64,000 nt of DNA from an uncultured delta proteobacterium (GCA_963793115.1 CAWBYV010000013.1:82611-146610), one strand, 5' to 3'; counted from the stretch's first letter, positions 20,027 through 31,024 are shown. Translations and numbers: made by a program. The notes: a model not told the origin generated them from the sequence alone.

Positions 20027-22252
20027 TCACTTCGTGCCGAATTCCAGGACCAGCTCGTCAGGTTCCAGGTCTTCGCGCGAACCCAGGAGATCGAGGTAGA
20101 GCTTGAGCGCCACGTCTTCGGGCTTTGCTCGTGCGAGTTGTTGCAGTAGTTCAAGAGCGCCGACCGAGCGTGTCCTGCGCGCCGCATCCAGCGCTTCCGA
20201 AAAGCTCCTGTAATACGAATGGTCGATCACCTCGGATTCCCGGCTGACTATCTCCCAGATCGCGACTGGCTGTTGCTTTCCTTTGACCCGGATCAAGCCC
20301 CGATCGCGCGCGACATAAGGCCCGCCAGCTTCGCGGTAAGTCTGCTCGTTAACCAGCATGGAGACTTTCAAATGGCGAGTCAGACTTTCCAACCGCGCGG
20401 CCAGATTGACGGGATCTCCGACTACGGAGTAATCGAACCGTCGAGCACCGCCGAGATTCCCGACAATCGCCTCGCCGGTCGCAATTCCCACGCCCATCCC
20501 GAAATCGGCAAAGCGTGAATCTCGCTCACGCAGCCGCCTAAGCTGCCCGAGCATTTCCAGACCGCAATCAATCGCCTGGCGGGCCGGATTTTCGACGCGC
20601 GCCGGGGCGCCCCAAAAGGCCATAATCGAGTCTCCAACGATCTTGTCGATTACGCCGCCGCTCTTGATCACCACCTCGGTCATCGCCGACATGAACTCGT
20701 TGAGCGTTTCCACCAAGGCTTCCGGCGCAAGCGCCTCCGCCTTGGCCGTAAAATCTACGATGTCGGCAAAGAGGATGCTTAGATGGCGTTTCTCGCCGCC
20801 CAGGTCGAGTCCGGCAGGATCGGCCATCACCGAGTCTATGATTTTGGGGTCGAGATAGTGCTCGAAGGCACTGCGAAACCGTTCTCGCTCACGCCGCCTC
20901 CGGTTAATCACAATGAAAGCAGCGCCTGAATAGACCAGAGCGGCACCGCCCGCCTGAGCGGCGGAGGAATAGACGACATCTCTGAAAGCCAAATTCAACG
21001 CGTCGATAACGAACGCTTGGACGATAAAGAGGAATCCCATGCCGAAAGTCCAAAGTGCGGCGCCTTTCGGTCGGGTTACACACCACGCCAAAATCCACAA
21101 GCCTAGCGCAAGGTCCAACGCGAGCCCTGCCAAGATCTCCCATGAAGCCTTCCACCGCAGGATTTGGCCGGAAAGAATGTCCTCGACAGCGCTCGCTTGG
21201 ATTTCAACATAAGAGCGCGGACCCGCATAGGTTGGAACGGACTTGTCGATCATCTCGCCAACAAGAACGATCTTACCCTTGAGGTCGGAGGTTTTGACCT
21301 TCCGCTCGATGATGTCCGAGACCGAGAATTGGGGAAAGGCGTCCGGCGGCCGCAGGTTTACCAACATCACACCCCATTGTGTGGCCGGAATGACGGTGTT
21401 GCCCACCGCAACTTCGTCAACCCACGAACCCGACCGCGTCAGCGTGATAGGGGCATCGCCGAGATAGCGGCTTACAAGCGCTACCGGGAGAGGAGCGTAG
21501 TACGTGTCTCCTATGCGAGCGAACGCAGCGACACCCCAAACAAACGGAATGCCCCAACGCCCCACGCTTGCGGTACCAAGTGAGGCCTTCCCCAGGGCGA
21601 CCGACGGCCCATAATAAGACTTCATTGGCGGAACCCTCGTAAGCACCGAGGGGCCGGCAAGTATCTCGTCGGCTAGATGTCGAGTAGGAGGTCGCCGCAG
21701 CACCTTATACGTCACTGCGCCCACGGCATTCATCGACCTGGTGTCGGCAATGGCGTCGGCGTCGGGCTCGGTTGACCAAGTGAAGTCATACGCCAAGTAA
21801 GTCGCGCCCTGCTGTTTTAGGGCTTCAATCAGAGGGGTCTCGTCTCCAAGCAGGTCCCCGGATATTTCCTGTCCCGGTGCGCGCCGAGGCGTGTCTGGTG
21901 TGTTCAGCGGAGCCCGAAGGGCAGGAGGCGCATGATCGCCCTTCTGCAAATGTACCGGCAGACTCACGACCCGCGCGCCGTATTCGCCGAGCGCGGAAAT
22001 CAGGTCAGCATACTGTTTTGCACTCCAGGGCGGGCGCCCCATTCGATCGGCGGTTCGCTCGTCGATCGCGGCGATTACGACCGCGCTGCTGTTCTTCGCC
22101 TGCGGCCGGAAACGCATCAGAAGCGGAAGCATCTTGTCCACAGGGTAATACGAGAGAACGGGAAGGAAGTATTGCAGAACCAGAATGCCGACGGCTCCCA
22201 CCAACCCCAACAGAATCGTGTCGCGGGCGTCGTGGCTCGCTCTTCTTTTCAT
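20027..22252 (-). CDS. CHASE2-domain adenylate/guanylate cyclase (class III)
   Basis: VVIAAIDERT (CHASE2), 3 TM helices, ILFADIVDFT, DKIVGDSIMAFWGAP, YSVVGDPVNLAARLESL. Start at ATG 22252. Confidence 0.92.
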   Translation of the reverse strand: MKRRASHDARDTILLGLVGAVGILVLQYFLPVLSYYPVDKMLPLLMRFRPQAKNSSAVVIAAIDERTADRMGRPPWSAKQYADLISALGEYGARVVSLPVHLQKGDHAPPALRAPLNTPDTPRRAPGQEISGDLLGDETPLIEALKQQGATYLAYDFTWSTEPDADAIADTRSMNAVGAVTYKVLRRPPTRHLADEILAGPSVLTRVPPMKSYYGPSVALGKASLGTASVGRWGIPFVWGVAAFARIGDTYYAPLPVALVSRYLGDAPITLTRSGSWVDEVAVGNTVIPATQWGVMLVNLRPPDAFPQFSVSDIIERKVKTSDLKGKIVLVGEMIDKSVPTYAGPRSYVEIQASAVEDILSGQILRWKASWEILAGLALDLALGLWILAWCVTRPKGAALWTFGMGFLFIVQAFVIDALNLAFRDVVYSSAAQAGGAALVYSGAAFIVINRRRRERERFRSAFEHYLDPKIIDSVMADPAGLDLGGEKRHLSILFADIVDFTAKAEALAPEALVETLNEFMSAMTEVVIKSGGVIDKIVGDSIMAFWGAPARVENPARQAIDCGLEMLGQLRRLRERDSRFADFGMGVGIATGEAIVGNLGGARRFDYSVVGDPVNLAARLESLTRHLKVSMLVNEQTYREAGGPYVARDRGLIRVKGKQQPVAIWEIVSRESEVIDHSYYRSFSEALDAARRTRSVGALELLQQLARAKPEDVALKLYLDLLGSREDLEPDELVLEFGTK

Positions 22253-22269
22253 GGCGCCGGTCCGCGGCT

Positions 22270-23793
22270 TCACTTTAGGCCGAGGCGGAGGTACTGGTCG
22301 CTGGGCGCTTCGATCTCCTCCAGCGCGGCGCGAAGCTGGTCGGCGGCGGTCTTCTCGGCGCCGGTGCCGGCCAGATTGCGTTCCTCGAGCGGATCGTCGT
22401 CGAGGCGATAGAGATGGTTGCCGCTGAATTTGCCCATCGCCCAGTAGGGAATCAGATCGCCCTGCTGGAACGGCTGCCGGATGACGGGAATCCGGGAACC
22501 CGGCATCCGGTCGAGGATCGCTCGATCGTCGGGCGCCGGAAGGCGGAGATCGGGCACCCGATGGACCGGCATCGTGGACCATCGGTTGGACCACATGCTG
22601 AGCGGCGCGTTGGCTCCGGCCGGAGCGCGAGCATATTTCCCCGCCGGATCGATGAGATGCACCTCGCGTCCCCACACCCCGGCGAGCGCCCATTCGCGGA
22701 CCGACTTCGACGCCCCCGTGATCAGCGGGAGCAGCGAGCGGCCGTGCGTGCGATGCGCCAGCGTCACGCCGAAAACCTCGGCGAGCGTGGCACAGAGGTT
22801 GACGTTAGTGGTGAGAGCCTCGACCGCGCCCGCCTTCATGCCCGGCCACGCGATCATCAGGGGAGTGTGGCCGAGCGGCTCGTATAGCGGCACCTGCGGC
22901 TTGCCCCAGATGTCCTTCTCGCCGAGGTAATGGCCGTGATCGGTGCATATAATGACGGCGCTGTTCTGGTAGAACCCGCCGCGTTCGATCGCGCCCAGCA
23001 ATTTGCCCAGCCAGGTATCGATCATGGTCAGCTTGGCGCCGTAGCTGGCGCGCACCTGCCGCGCCTGGCGCTCGCTCAGCACGCCCTGGCTGACCGCCCC
23101 GCTGACGTACGGCGGCCAGATCAGATGCGCGCCGCTCCACTCGGGGTCGTACATCGAGGCGTACGGTTCGGGAGTATCGAACGGCTCGTGCGGATCGAAT
23201 TCGTCGACGAAGAGCATGAAGCGCTCGTGCACGGGCGCCGACTCGGCGAGCCATCGCGAGGCCGCCGCCATCGTGCGCGGGCCCGGAAAGTCCGGCTCGT
23301 CGCGGAAATATCCGCGCGAGTCATCGTAGGGAGTGTGGCCGCGGCCGAACGACGGCGCACCGAGCCAGCTTGGATCGGGCCGCGTTTTCCACGGGTCGCT
23401 CTCATGGCCGCGCTGGTAGTCCCAGGCGGTGAATTCGGTATGGTAATTCTCGCCGCCGACCTCGAACAGATGTGGATGGTCCGAGACCAGCTTGGTGGTG
23501 ATGCCTGCCGCGCGGAGATAGCCCGTCAGCGGCCGTTCCCAGATTTCGATCGAGCCCCACGGCTTCCACAGGAAGTCCAGCGCGCCGCACAGGATATCGT
23601 GCCGCGCCGGTATGCATGGCAACGAGCCCGAGTAGTGCCGATCGAAGCGAACGGCGCGGCGCGCAAACGCGTCGAGATTCGGGGTCGCGAACTCCCGCCC
23701 GCCGTAGGCGCCCAGCATGTGCCGATTGAGGCTGTCGAGCAGGATTACGATCGCATTGCGAGGCCATGGCGCGGCTATAGGGTCCGGGCTCAT
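22270..23793 (-). CDS. Sulfatase family protein (Cys-type formylglycine motif)
   Basis: LLDSL, CIPARH (CxPxR), FDPHEPF, TDHGHYLGE, GKP. Confidence 0.9.
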   Translation of the reverse strand: MSPDPIAAPWPRNAIVILLDSLNRHMLGAYGGREFATPNLDAFARRAVRFDRHYSGSLPCIPARHDILCGALDFLWKPWGSIEIWERPLTGYLRAAGITTKLVSDHPHLFEVGGENYHTEFTAWDYQRGHESDPWKTRPDPSWLGAPSFGRGHTPYDDSRGYFRDEPDFPGPRTMAAASRWLAESAPVHERFMLFVDEFDPHEPFDTPEPYASMYDPEWSGAHLIWPPYVSGAVSQGVLSERQARQVRASYGAKLTMIDTWLGKLLGAIERGGFYQNSAVIICTDHGHYLGEKDIWGKPQVPLYEPLGHTPLMIAWPGMKAGAVEALTTNVNLCATLAEVFGVTLAHRTHGRSLLPLITGASKSVREWALAGVWGREVHLIDPAGKYARAPAGANAPLSMWSNRWSTMPVHRVPDLRLPAPDDRAILDRMPGSRIPVIRQPFQQGDLIPYWAMGKFSGNHLYRLDDDPLEERNLAGTGAEKTAADQLRAALEEIEAPSDQYLRLGLK

Positions 23794-23846
23794 CGACGGT
23801 GGACCTTATCGAGGTGAACCCGACCCCGCAAACGCGCAACGCCGGG

Positions 23847-24098
23847 TCAACCGCCGCGAGAGCTTCCGCCGCTCCGAACCGGGCCCTTTCGGGGCTCAGC
23901 GGACGGCTTTTTCGGTGGCTTCGATTTGCCGGTCTTCAACTGCCGTTCTAATCTGTCGATCGTCTCGGCGAAAGATTGATTCCTCTTATAGGCCTGCGAA
24001 GCCTTCATATCCTTGAGCAGGGTTTCGTATCGAGCGCGACCGACATTGCGAACCATGATTCCGGCTAGCTCGGCGATTTGAGTGTGCTTTACCGCCAT
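23847..24098 (-). CDS. Small basic hypothetical protein
   Basis: 83 aa, helical N-part, Lys/Pro-rich tail, no overlap with other genes. Confidence 0.55.
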   Translation of the reverse strand: MAVKHTQIAELAGIMVRNVGRARYETLLKDMKASQAYKRNQSFAETIDRLERQLKTGKSKPPKKPSAEPRKGPVRSGGSSRGG

Positions 24099-24567
24099 TC
24101 CAACCCATCTCCATTGCTACTTGCGTTGATCACAAAGCATCAAGCGCAGACTACGCGTCCCGAGTCGAGAGTCTCGGTTCTAAAATGGGACCCGCCCCGC
24201 TCCACTCGGGCTGCGATCCAGCGTCCGAAATCGGGACCGGGCGCAATCCGGTGTGCCGAAGCCAAGGCTCGCATTCCCCTCTCACCAGCATGGAAGGGGA
24301 GAGATGCAAGACCTTTGCCGCGAACTTGAGGACCGCAAAAGAGCACGATAGGAGCAGAACATCACAGATTTCCGGTCGCTGCAATCCATTACTTCTCTAA
24401 GCGTGCGCCTAGCTGCATTGTGCTGATGCAATAGAGACGTGGCAGGAACGGCCGGTGTTCAATGCGCCGGTAGAATTTTCAGTCGCCACGCGATTATTCG
24501 GCTCTGACGATTCTGCCGTCGCTTTCCTGTTGCGCGTCGGCGCGCCTGTGCTATACGTCGCCGCGTC

Positions 24568-26480
24568 GTGGCGTTTATTCTTGACCGGAACGGGCGATGC
24601 TTTCGCCGGGCGTCGAAGCGATGGCTGCCCCGCGCGCTCGCGATGCTGCTCGCGGCCCTTTGGCACGCGGTCCTTTGGTCAGGTGTCGCGACCGCGACCG
24701 TGACTCAGGGCGACTTCTCCTTTTATGGAACTCTCACCAGCACATGGGGCGGGCGATGGGGTGAAGGCTCGACGCGCGGCGGCACGTTCTCAGAGAGCAA
24801 CGGCGCACCAGCGCCCGATACGAATATCACCAGCGTCGGCAAGGCGCCGGGCGAAACCGGAGGCAGCTACGACTTCAATCACTGGGACCTGATCGAGGCG
24901 CGCCAGGGACTCAACCTCACCACAGACGACCATGTAATCAAGAACTTCAAGCTGCTGGGGCGAATCGACACTTTGATCCTCGAGGACGCGGACTTCTACG
25001 CAAACTACGAAGCATGGTACGACGCCTTTCCCGACTTCAAGAGCAAGGGACGCGCTGAAAGCGGGCGCGACTGGCCCGACTTCAGCTCCGCGGACAAGGC
25101 CAACCAGTTTACGCGCGACGAGCTCGACGAATATTACGGCCACTCAACTTCACCGACGCGTTCTCGATGAGGGTGGGCAAGCAGCAAATCATCTGGAGCG
25201 AAGCCGACGCGCTTTCCGGCACGGAGGTCACCAATCCCTCGGACTACCGCTTCGGCAATATCGACAACAGCGCGCGCGTGAATCTGATGATGGTCAAGTT
25301 CGATTACATCCTTCCCGACTATCTGAAAACCGCGAACAACGCGTTCGAGTTTTTCTGGATCCCCGGCGATTTCGAGGGCGCGTACAAAGCCAATATCACC
25401 GACGCCCGCAATCCCTGGATTCCGCCGGTTGGGCTCGGGAATCTCACGCTATACAACCAGAACGGCCAGCCCTTCCGCGAGCAAAGCCTGATGGACCAGG
25501 GCGCCACGCCGCTTTATCTCCTGCCTCACACCGCGGCGCTGTCCCGGCTCGCAAGCATCGCGGGAACGAACGATTTCTTCGGCGATCTCAACGTCAGGTA
25601 TTCATCGAACGTGACGAACCGATCGATCGACAACAGCGAGTTCGGCGCGCGCTATTCAACGCTGATTCCGATCGGCAACGGATTGCAGGCCAGCGCGATC
25701 TGGCTGTACGAGGCCCGCTCGAACAAGCTGAGCACCTGTGCGAACTGTACCGAGCCGGCGCCTTTCAGCAAGCTCTCGCCGGGAGTATTCATCGCGCTCA
25801 GCCCGCAGCCCTACGGAATATCGGGCTTCGGGACCTCGATCTACGACTTCGGTCCGCCCCGGATCAAGAACAACCTCGGCACGATTAGACTGGATCTGCG
25901 CAACGAATGGGTGCGCCAGAACTTCTTCGGCCTGACCGGCACCTACTACGACAAGGATCTGAGCGACATAGTCTATCGCTACGACATCTTCTACGCCCCC
26001 AAGGTGATCGGCGGCGGCGCGGGGTTCTCCGCGCCGGGTTCGAGTCCGCTCGGCGCGAGCATTACGCAGGGCCAGCCGAAATGGGACGAGAGCACTCGAT
26101 ACATACTCGCGGCCGATCGGCCGACCTATATTCCGTGGATATCGAAGCAGCATACGTTCCTGGTCGCGCAGTACACTTTGACCTGGAACCCCGATACGCC
26201 GGCGCCCGCGCGCTCTTTCAGCAGCCTGTTTTTCCTGGCCGCGAACAACTGGCTGATGGACGGCCGGCTGACGACCCTCAACGTCTGGGCGTGGGAGCCC
26301 GACGACGGCGTCGGGTTTGTCGACTCCAATAATTCATGGCGTTACTCGTCCAATATCCTGCTGGGCATCAACGCGATCTGGTTCCTCGGCCGCAGCGGCC
26401 TGAACGACGGTCTGGGCGGAGTCCTGAGCCGCGCGCAGAGGACCAACGAGCTTTCATTCCAGTTCACTTACGAGCTCTGA
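24568..26480 (+). CDS. DUF1302-like outer-membrane beta-barrel protein (frameshift ~25140)
   Basis: Signal peptide, RVGKQQIIWSEAD...NPSD motif, C-terminal ELSFQFTYEL. Exact start uncertain. Confidence 0.7.
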
Positions 26481-26523
26481 GCACGTTTTCGCACACACCC
26501 GTCCTTCGGCTATTCTCTGCGTG

Positions 26524-27762
26524 ATGCCAACGCAGGAAGCTTCGTCCATCAGCGTCAACGGCCGTGCGTATCGGAGACCCCGCGTCGCGGTCGTCGCAAT
26601 ATGTCTGGACGGCACGAGCGAAGCCTACCTCGACGCCGCCGCGGCCGTGATGCCGAATCTGCGCGCGATCGTCGCGGGCGGCGCGTATGGCACGGTCCAA
26701 GCGGTCGTGCCCACCCTGACCAATCCGAACAACGTCGCGATCGTGACCGGCGTGCCGCCCCGAGCCAACGGCATCTGCGGCAATTACCATTACGACGCCG
26801 AACGCCGCGCCGAAGTGATGATGAATGACCCGGCGTACCTCCGCTGTCCGACGATCCTTTCGGCGTTCAGCCGCGCCGGGCTCTCGGTCGCGGTCGTGAC
26901 GACCAAGGACAAGCTTCGCCGCCTGCTCGGCAAGGACCTGACCGGCGTTTGCATCTCGGTCGAGCGCGCGCAAGATGCGACCGTCGAAGAGAACAGCATC
27001 GCGGATGTAATCGCGATGGTCGGCCGGCCCGCACCCGGCATCTACGACCCCGAGGCCAGCATCTATTGTCTCGAAACCGGCGTCCGTCTGATCGAGCGCG
27101 GCAAGATCGATCTGCTCTATCTGAGCACCACCGACTTCGTCCAACACAAAAACCCGCCCGGCAGCCCCGGCGCCAACGCTTTTTTCGCCCGCGTAGATGA
27201 ATTCCTCGGCCAGCTTGACCGGCTGGGCGTCGTTCTCGGCGCCACCGCCGATCACGGCATGAACGACAAGGTGAATCGCGACGGTTCGCCCAAGGTCAAG
27301 TTCGTCGAAAGCATTTTGAGAGCGGCCGGCTTCGCCGAAGCCCGCGTGATCCTGCCGATCACCGACCCTTACGTCGTCCATCACGGCGCGCTCGGATCGT
27401 ACGCAATGGTGTACCTCGATCGGAATCACGTTGCGGCCGCGGCTGCCGCGCTCGGGCGCGTGGATGGGATCGAGATGGTGCTCGCTCGCGAGGAAGCCGC
27501 AGAGCGTTTCCAGCTCCCGTCCGACCGAATCGGCGATCTGGTTCTGCTGTCGGATCGATCGACGGTGCTCGGGCGAACCGCGGACTGGCACGATCTCTCG
27601 CAGGTGAAAAGCGGCCTGCGATCGCATGGCGGTCTGCATGAGCGCGCGGTGCCGCTGGTCTGCAACCGCCGGCTCAAGCCCGAGTATGCCCGCCGCCTGG
27701 AGTCAGGCGCCGCGAACAATTACGACCTGCTCGATTTTCTCTGCAACGGCACAGAGGCTTAG
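26524..27762 (+). CDS. phnA: Phosphonoacetate hydrolase
   Basis: SVNGRAYR, ICLDG, PTLTNPNNVAIVTG, YLSTTDFVQHK, ADHGMNDK, LRSHGG. Confidence 0.92.
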   Translation: MPTQEASSISVNGRAYRRPRVAVVAICLDGTSEAYLDAAAAVMPNLRAIVAGGAYGTVQAVVPTLTNPNNVAIVTGVPPRANGICGNYHYDAERRAEVMMNDPAYLRCPTILSAFSRAGLSVAVVTTKDKLRRLLGKDLTGVCISVERAQDATVEENSIADVIAMVGRPAPGIYDPEASIYCLETGVRLIERGKIDLLYLSTTDFVQHKNPPGSPGANAFFARVDEFLGQLDRLGVVLGATADHGMNDKVNRDGSPKVKFVESILRAAGFAEARVILPITDPYVVHHGALGSYAMVYLDRNHVAAAAAALGRVDGIEMVLAREEAAERFQLPSDRIGDLVLLSDRSTVLGRTADWHDLSQVKSGLRSHGGLHERAVPLVCNRRLKPEYARRLESGAANNYDLLDFLCNGTEA

Positions 27763-27768
27763 CCGCTC

Positions 27769-29192
27769 ATGCGCGAATACGGCACCATAATCGGGGGCGA
27801 GCAAAGGCCCGGCGCAGGGTGGATCGAAGTGCGCAACCCGTTCAGCGGCGAAGTGGTCGGGCGCGTGGCGGCCGCCGATCGCGCCACCACGCTCGCCGTC
27901 GTGGAGCGGACCCGTGCGGCGAAGATCGCGCTCTCGCGCCACGAGCGGCACGATCTTCTGAACCGGATCGCGGCCCGGCTCGAAAGCGACGCCAGCGCGG
28001 CGAGCCGGCTCATCACAGACGAAGCGGGACTCTGCCTCAAAGACACCAGATACGAGGTCGCGCGCGCCTCCAACGTCCTCCGCTTCGCGGCGATCCAGAC
28101 GCTGCTCGACGACTCCGAAGTTTTCCCGTGCGACGTCTCCAGTCCGGCCGGCCACGCCGGATCTACACGATGCGCCAGCCGTTGGGGCTGATCGCGGCGA
28201 TCACTCCGTTCAACCATCCGCTCAACCAGGTGGTTCACAAAATCGCGCCGGCGATCGCGACCAACAACACCACCGTGCTCAAGCCGTCGCTGCTCACTCC
28301 GATGGCGGCCTACTACATCGTGCAGCTTGCGCTTGAGTGCGGGATGCCGCGCGACATGATCAACGTGATCTCCGGCCCCACGCAGGAAGTGGCCGAGCCG
28401 CTGGTCGCGAGCGAGCTGGTTGACATGGTCACGTTCACCGGCAGCGCGGCGGTCGGCAAGCGGATACTCTCGATCGCGGGCTACAAACGGGTCGTGCTGG
28501 AATTGGGCGGCAGCTCCGCGATGCTGGTGCTGGCCGACGCCGACCCCAGTTTCGCCGCAGATATCGCGATCGCCGGCATCTTCAAAAACAGCGGTCAGCG
28601 ATGCACCGCGATTCGCCGCTTGCTGGTTCACGAGTCGATCGCGGACCAGTTCGCGCGGACGCTCGCCGAAAAAACCTCCGCGCTCCGGTACGGCGATCCC
28701 TACGACCCGGCCACCGATGTCGGAACGGTAATCAGCGAAGCGACGGCGCGCGAGATCGAGACTCGCGTCGGGGATTCGCTCGCGCGCGGCGCGAAGCTGC
28801 TCGTTGGCCATCGCCGCTCGGGCGCGGTTTACGCCCCGACCGTCCTGGATTTCGTCCGCAACGATCATCCACTGGTCGCATGCGAGACCTTCGGGCCGGT
28901 GGCGCCGATCATCCGGTTCGCGACCCTCGATGAAGCAATCCGGATCGCGAATGACACGCCGTTCGGCCTCTCCGGTGCGGTGGTGTCGAATCATTGGCCT
29001 TCGATTCAGCGCGTGATCACGGAACTCGAGACCGGCACGGTCAACGTGAACGAAGCGCCGAGCTACCGGCTCGAATGGTCGCCGTTTGGCGGAATCAAAT
29101 CGTCGGGCCTTGGCTACAAGGAGGGCGTGATCGACGCGATAAAGAGCATGACCTATGTGAAGACCTATTCCCTGCCCTGGGATCAGCCGTAA
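27769..29192 (+). CDS. phnY: Phosphonoacetaldehyde dehydrogenase (frameshift ~28150)
   Basis: ITPFNHPLNQVVHKIAPA, FTGS, LELGG, SGQRCTA, ETFGP, GIKSSGLGYKEGV. Directly after phnA. Confidence 0.88.
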
Positions 29193-29409
29193 CGCGCGCC
29201 AGCCTCAACCGGCTACTCACGACTTTCAACAAGCGCGAACTGCCGGGCGATTTCAAACTGCCGCGATCGAGATCCGGCGGTTGCGCCCGCGTCCGATGCC
29301 CAGGATTCTCGACCCGCGCTATGAACTGGCGCAGCGGCTTGCCGCACGACGGGCCTGCGCGTCGCGGCGATGCAGTAACTCGCGCGCAATCGCCAAATTT
29401 AGGCTTGCC

Positions 29410-29454
29410 TGTGCATAGCTGGTCTGTACACAGCCTTCCTGTGCATAGCTGGTC
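29410..29454 (+). repeat. Three tandem 15-bp units TGTGCATAGCTGGTC / TGTACACAGCCTTCC / TGTGCATAGCTGGTC
   Basis: Units 1 and 3 are identical. About 90 bp upstream of ATG 29544. Confidence 0.75.
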
Positions 29455-29543
29455 CCTGCCGATCTTGAGACCTGCGCGCGCTGCACTGTAGTTTCGATCT
29501 CGGCGAGGGGTGGCTGGGGCGTATCACGCAACGGAGAGTCGTA

Positions 29544-30998
29544 ATGGGGCGGTGGTGGCTGGTATCGATCTGCGCGATCGGGCTGGTGGTGAGCACGCGG
29601 TCTTTCGGGCAAACCCGCCCCCTCGCCCAAAATATCGTCCTCGCCCAAAATTTCCACGCTGACGACGATGCTCAGGACTTCGACGAAGCCCCGCAAGCCT
29701 CGCCGGAAGCCGAGCCCGCATACCAGGTGCGGGAAACACCTCGCACTCTCACGTCGCTCGACGATCTGGATGGGTCTTACCAGAGCGACTCCCCGGATTC
29801 CGGGGAATTGCCCGCGTCACGAAACTCAACGCGAAACCCAGCTATCGTCCGCAGTTCGACGACCGCCCCAAGCTCGCAACACGCACAGCAGCCGCCGATC
29901 GCGCGACCGATGTCAGCTCCGATGCCGCCACCGCTCGTTGTCGAGTCACGGGACGATCTCGACATTCCGCCGCCAGATGGACGGTATGAATCCGACGAGC
30001 CCGACTCGGCAGAGCCAGAATCATCAAAGACTGATCGGGCGCCCGCGCCGCGAAAATCAACGGTCGTGAGCAGCTTGACGGCCGCGCCGATGTCGGCGCA
30101 CGCACAGCAACCGCCAAGCGCGCGCACGCCCGCGTTGCTGGTACCGCCGATCGCTTCGAAGTCGCAGGAATTGCAGGACGATTCAGCCGCTACGGATGAC
30201 CGCGATGAATCCGACGAGCAAGACTCGTCTGACAGCGAGGAATCGGCTGCGCCTCGGAGGCCCGCGCTTGCCCGGAGTTCGACCGCGACTCAGAGCTCTG
30301 CGCGCGCTCAGCAACCCGCGAGTGTTAAAGGGTTGCCGCTGACGGTGACCTCGGTGGATGCTCAGAAGCCGCGCGCGAATAAGAATTCGCCCGCGGCCGC
30401 GAAGCAATCCGCCGACGCGAAGCAATCGCCCGATCAGATTTCGATGATTCCGCGACACCCCGAGCCCGAGTGGCTTTTCCCGCTCGGGAATAGCGCTCCC
30501 GCCGCTCGGATAACGCCCGCTGCGGAGAGTCTCCACTCAGTGCCGAAGCCGCCGGCCGCGCAGGGATCGCCGGCCGCTCAGAGTTCACCCGCTGCACAGG
30601 CATCTCCGGCAGTGGTTTCGGAATTTTACGACAATTTCAGCGGGCGCAAGACCGTCGAAATGAACAATGGCAACGTCTACGCCGGCGGCTTTCTTGCTCC
30701 GAACGGAAACGGCCAGTACTCTGAAGGATCGCTCTGGGTAACCGGGATTACGCAGGTAGCCGCATTTTGCAGCTACAACCTCAATACCAAGGCGTCCTCG
30801 AGTAAGTATTCCATTTTCGGCAACGGCTCGGGCGCGGAGATGCTCGATTGGACCCTGTCCGCCGGTCCCAGTGTTTGTCCGCACGCGTTCACCGACATGA
30901 CGCGATTCGCCCTGCCAAGCTCCTTCCTGGGCAAGGTGAAAGTCATCGACTTCAACCTGGGCGGTTCTCAGCGCCCCGGCGCCGGATCGTACGAATAA
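29544..30998 (+). CDS. Secreted hypothetical protein with a long Pro/Ser/Ala/acidic repeat region and a globular C-terminal domain
   Basis: Signal peptide, three (R)SST...(H/R)AQQP repeats, SPAAQ repeats, ~130 aa C-terminal domain with 2 Cys. GGAGAG RBS. Confidence 0.7.
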   Translation: MGRWWLVSICAIGLVVSTRSFGQTRPLAQNIVLAQNFHADDDAQDFDEAPQASPEAEPAYQVRETPRTLTSLDDLDGSYQSDSPDSGELPASRNSTRNPAIVRSSTTAPSSQHAQQPPIARPMSAPMPPPLVVESRDDLDIPPPDGRYESDEPDSAEPESSKTDRAPAPRKSTVVSSLTAAPMSAHAQQPPSARTPALLVPPIASKSQELQDDSAATDDRDESDEQDSSDSEESAAPRRPALARSSTATQSSARAQQPASVKGLPLTVTSVDAQKPRANKNSPAAAKQSADAKQSPDQISMIPRHPEPEWLFPLGNSAPAARITPAAESLHSVPKPPAAQGSPAAQSSPAAQASPAVVSEFYDNFSGRKTVEMNNGNVYAGGFLAPNGNGQYSEGSLWVTGITQVAAFCSYNLNTKASSSKYSIFGNGSGAEMLDWTLSAGPSVCPHAFTDMTRFALPSSFLGKVKVIDFNLGGSQRPGAGSYE

Positions 30999-31024
30999 CG
31001 AGCGCGTCCCGTCCGCGCGCCCCG

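Noticed and set aside
22253-22693. N-terminal extensions in the ORF track (cyclase to 22693, GMC to 49381, CoA transferase to 34369, pfkA to 50984)
   Set aside because: They overlap neighbouring genes or look non-coding. Downstream starts match family N-termini or have a better RBS.
29410-29454. Mini CRISPR array
   Set aside because: Units are 15 bp and abutting, there are no unique spacers, and no cas genes are present.
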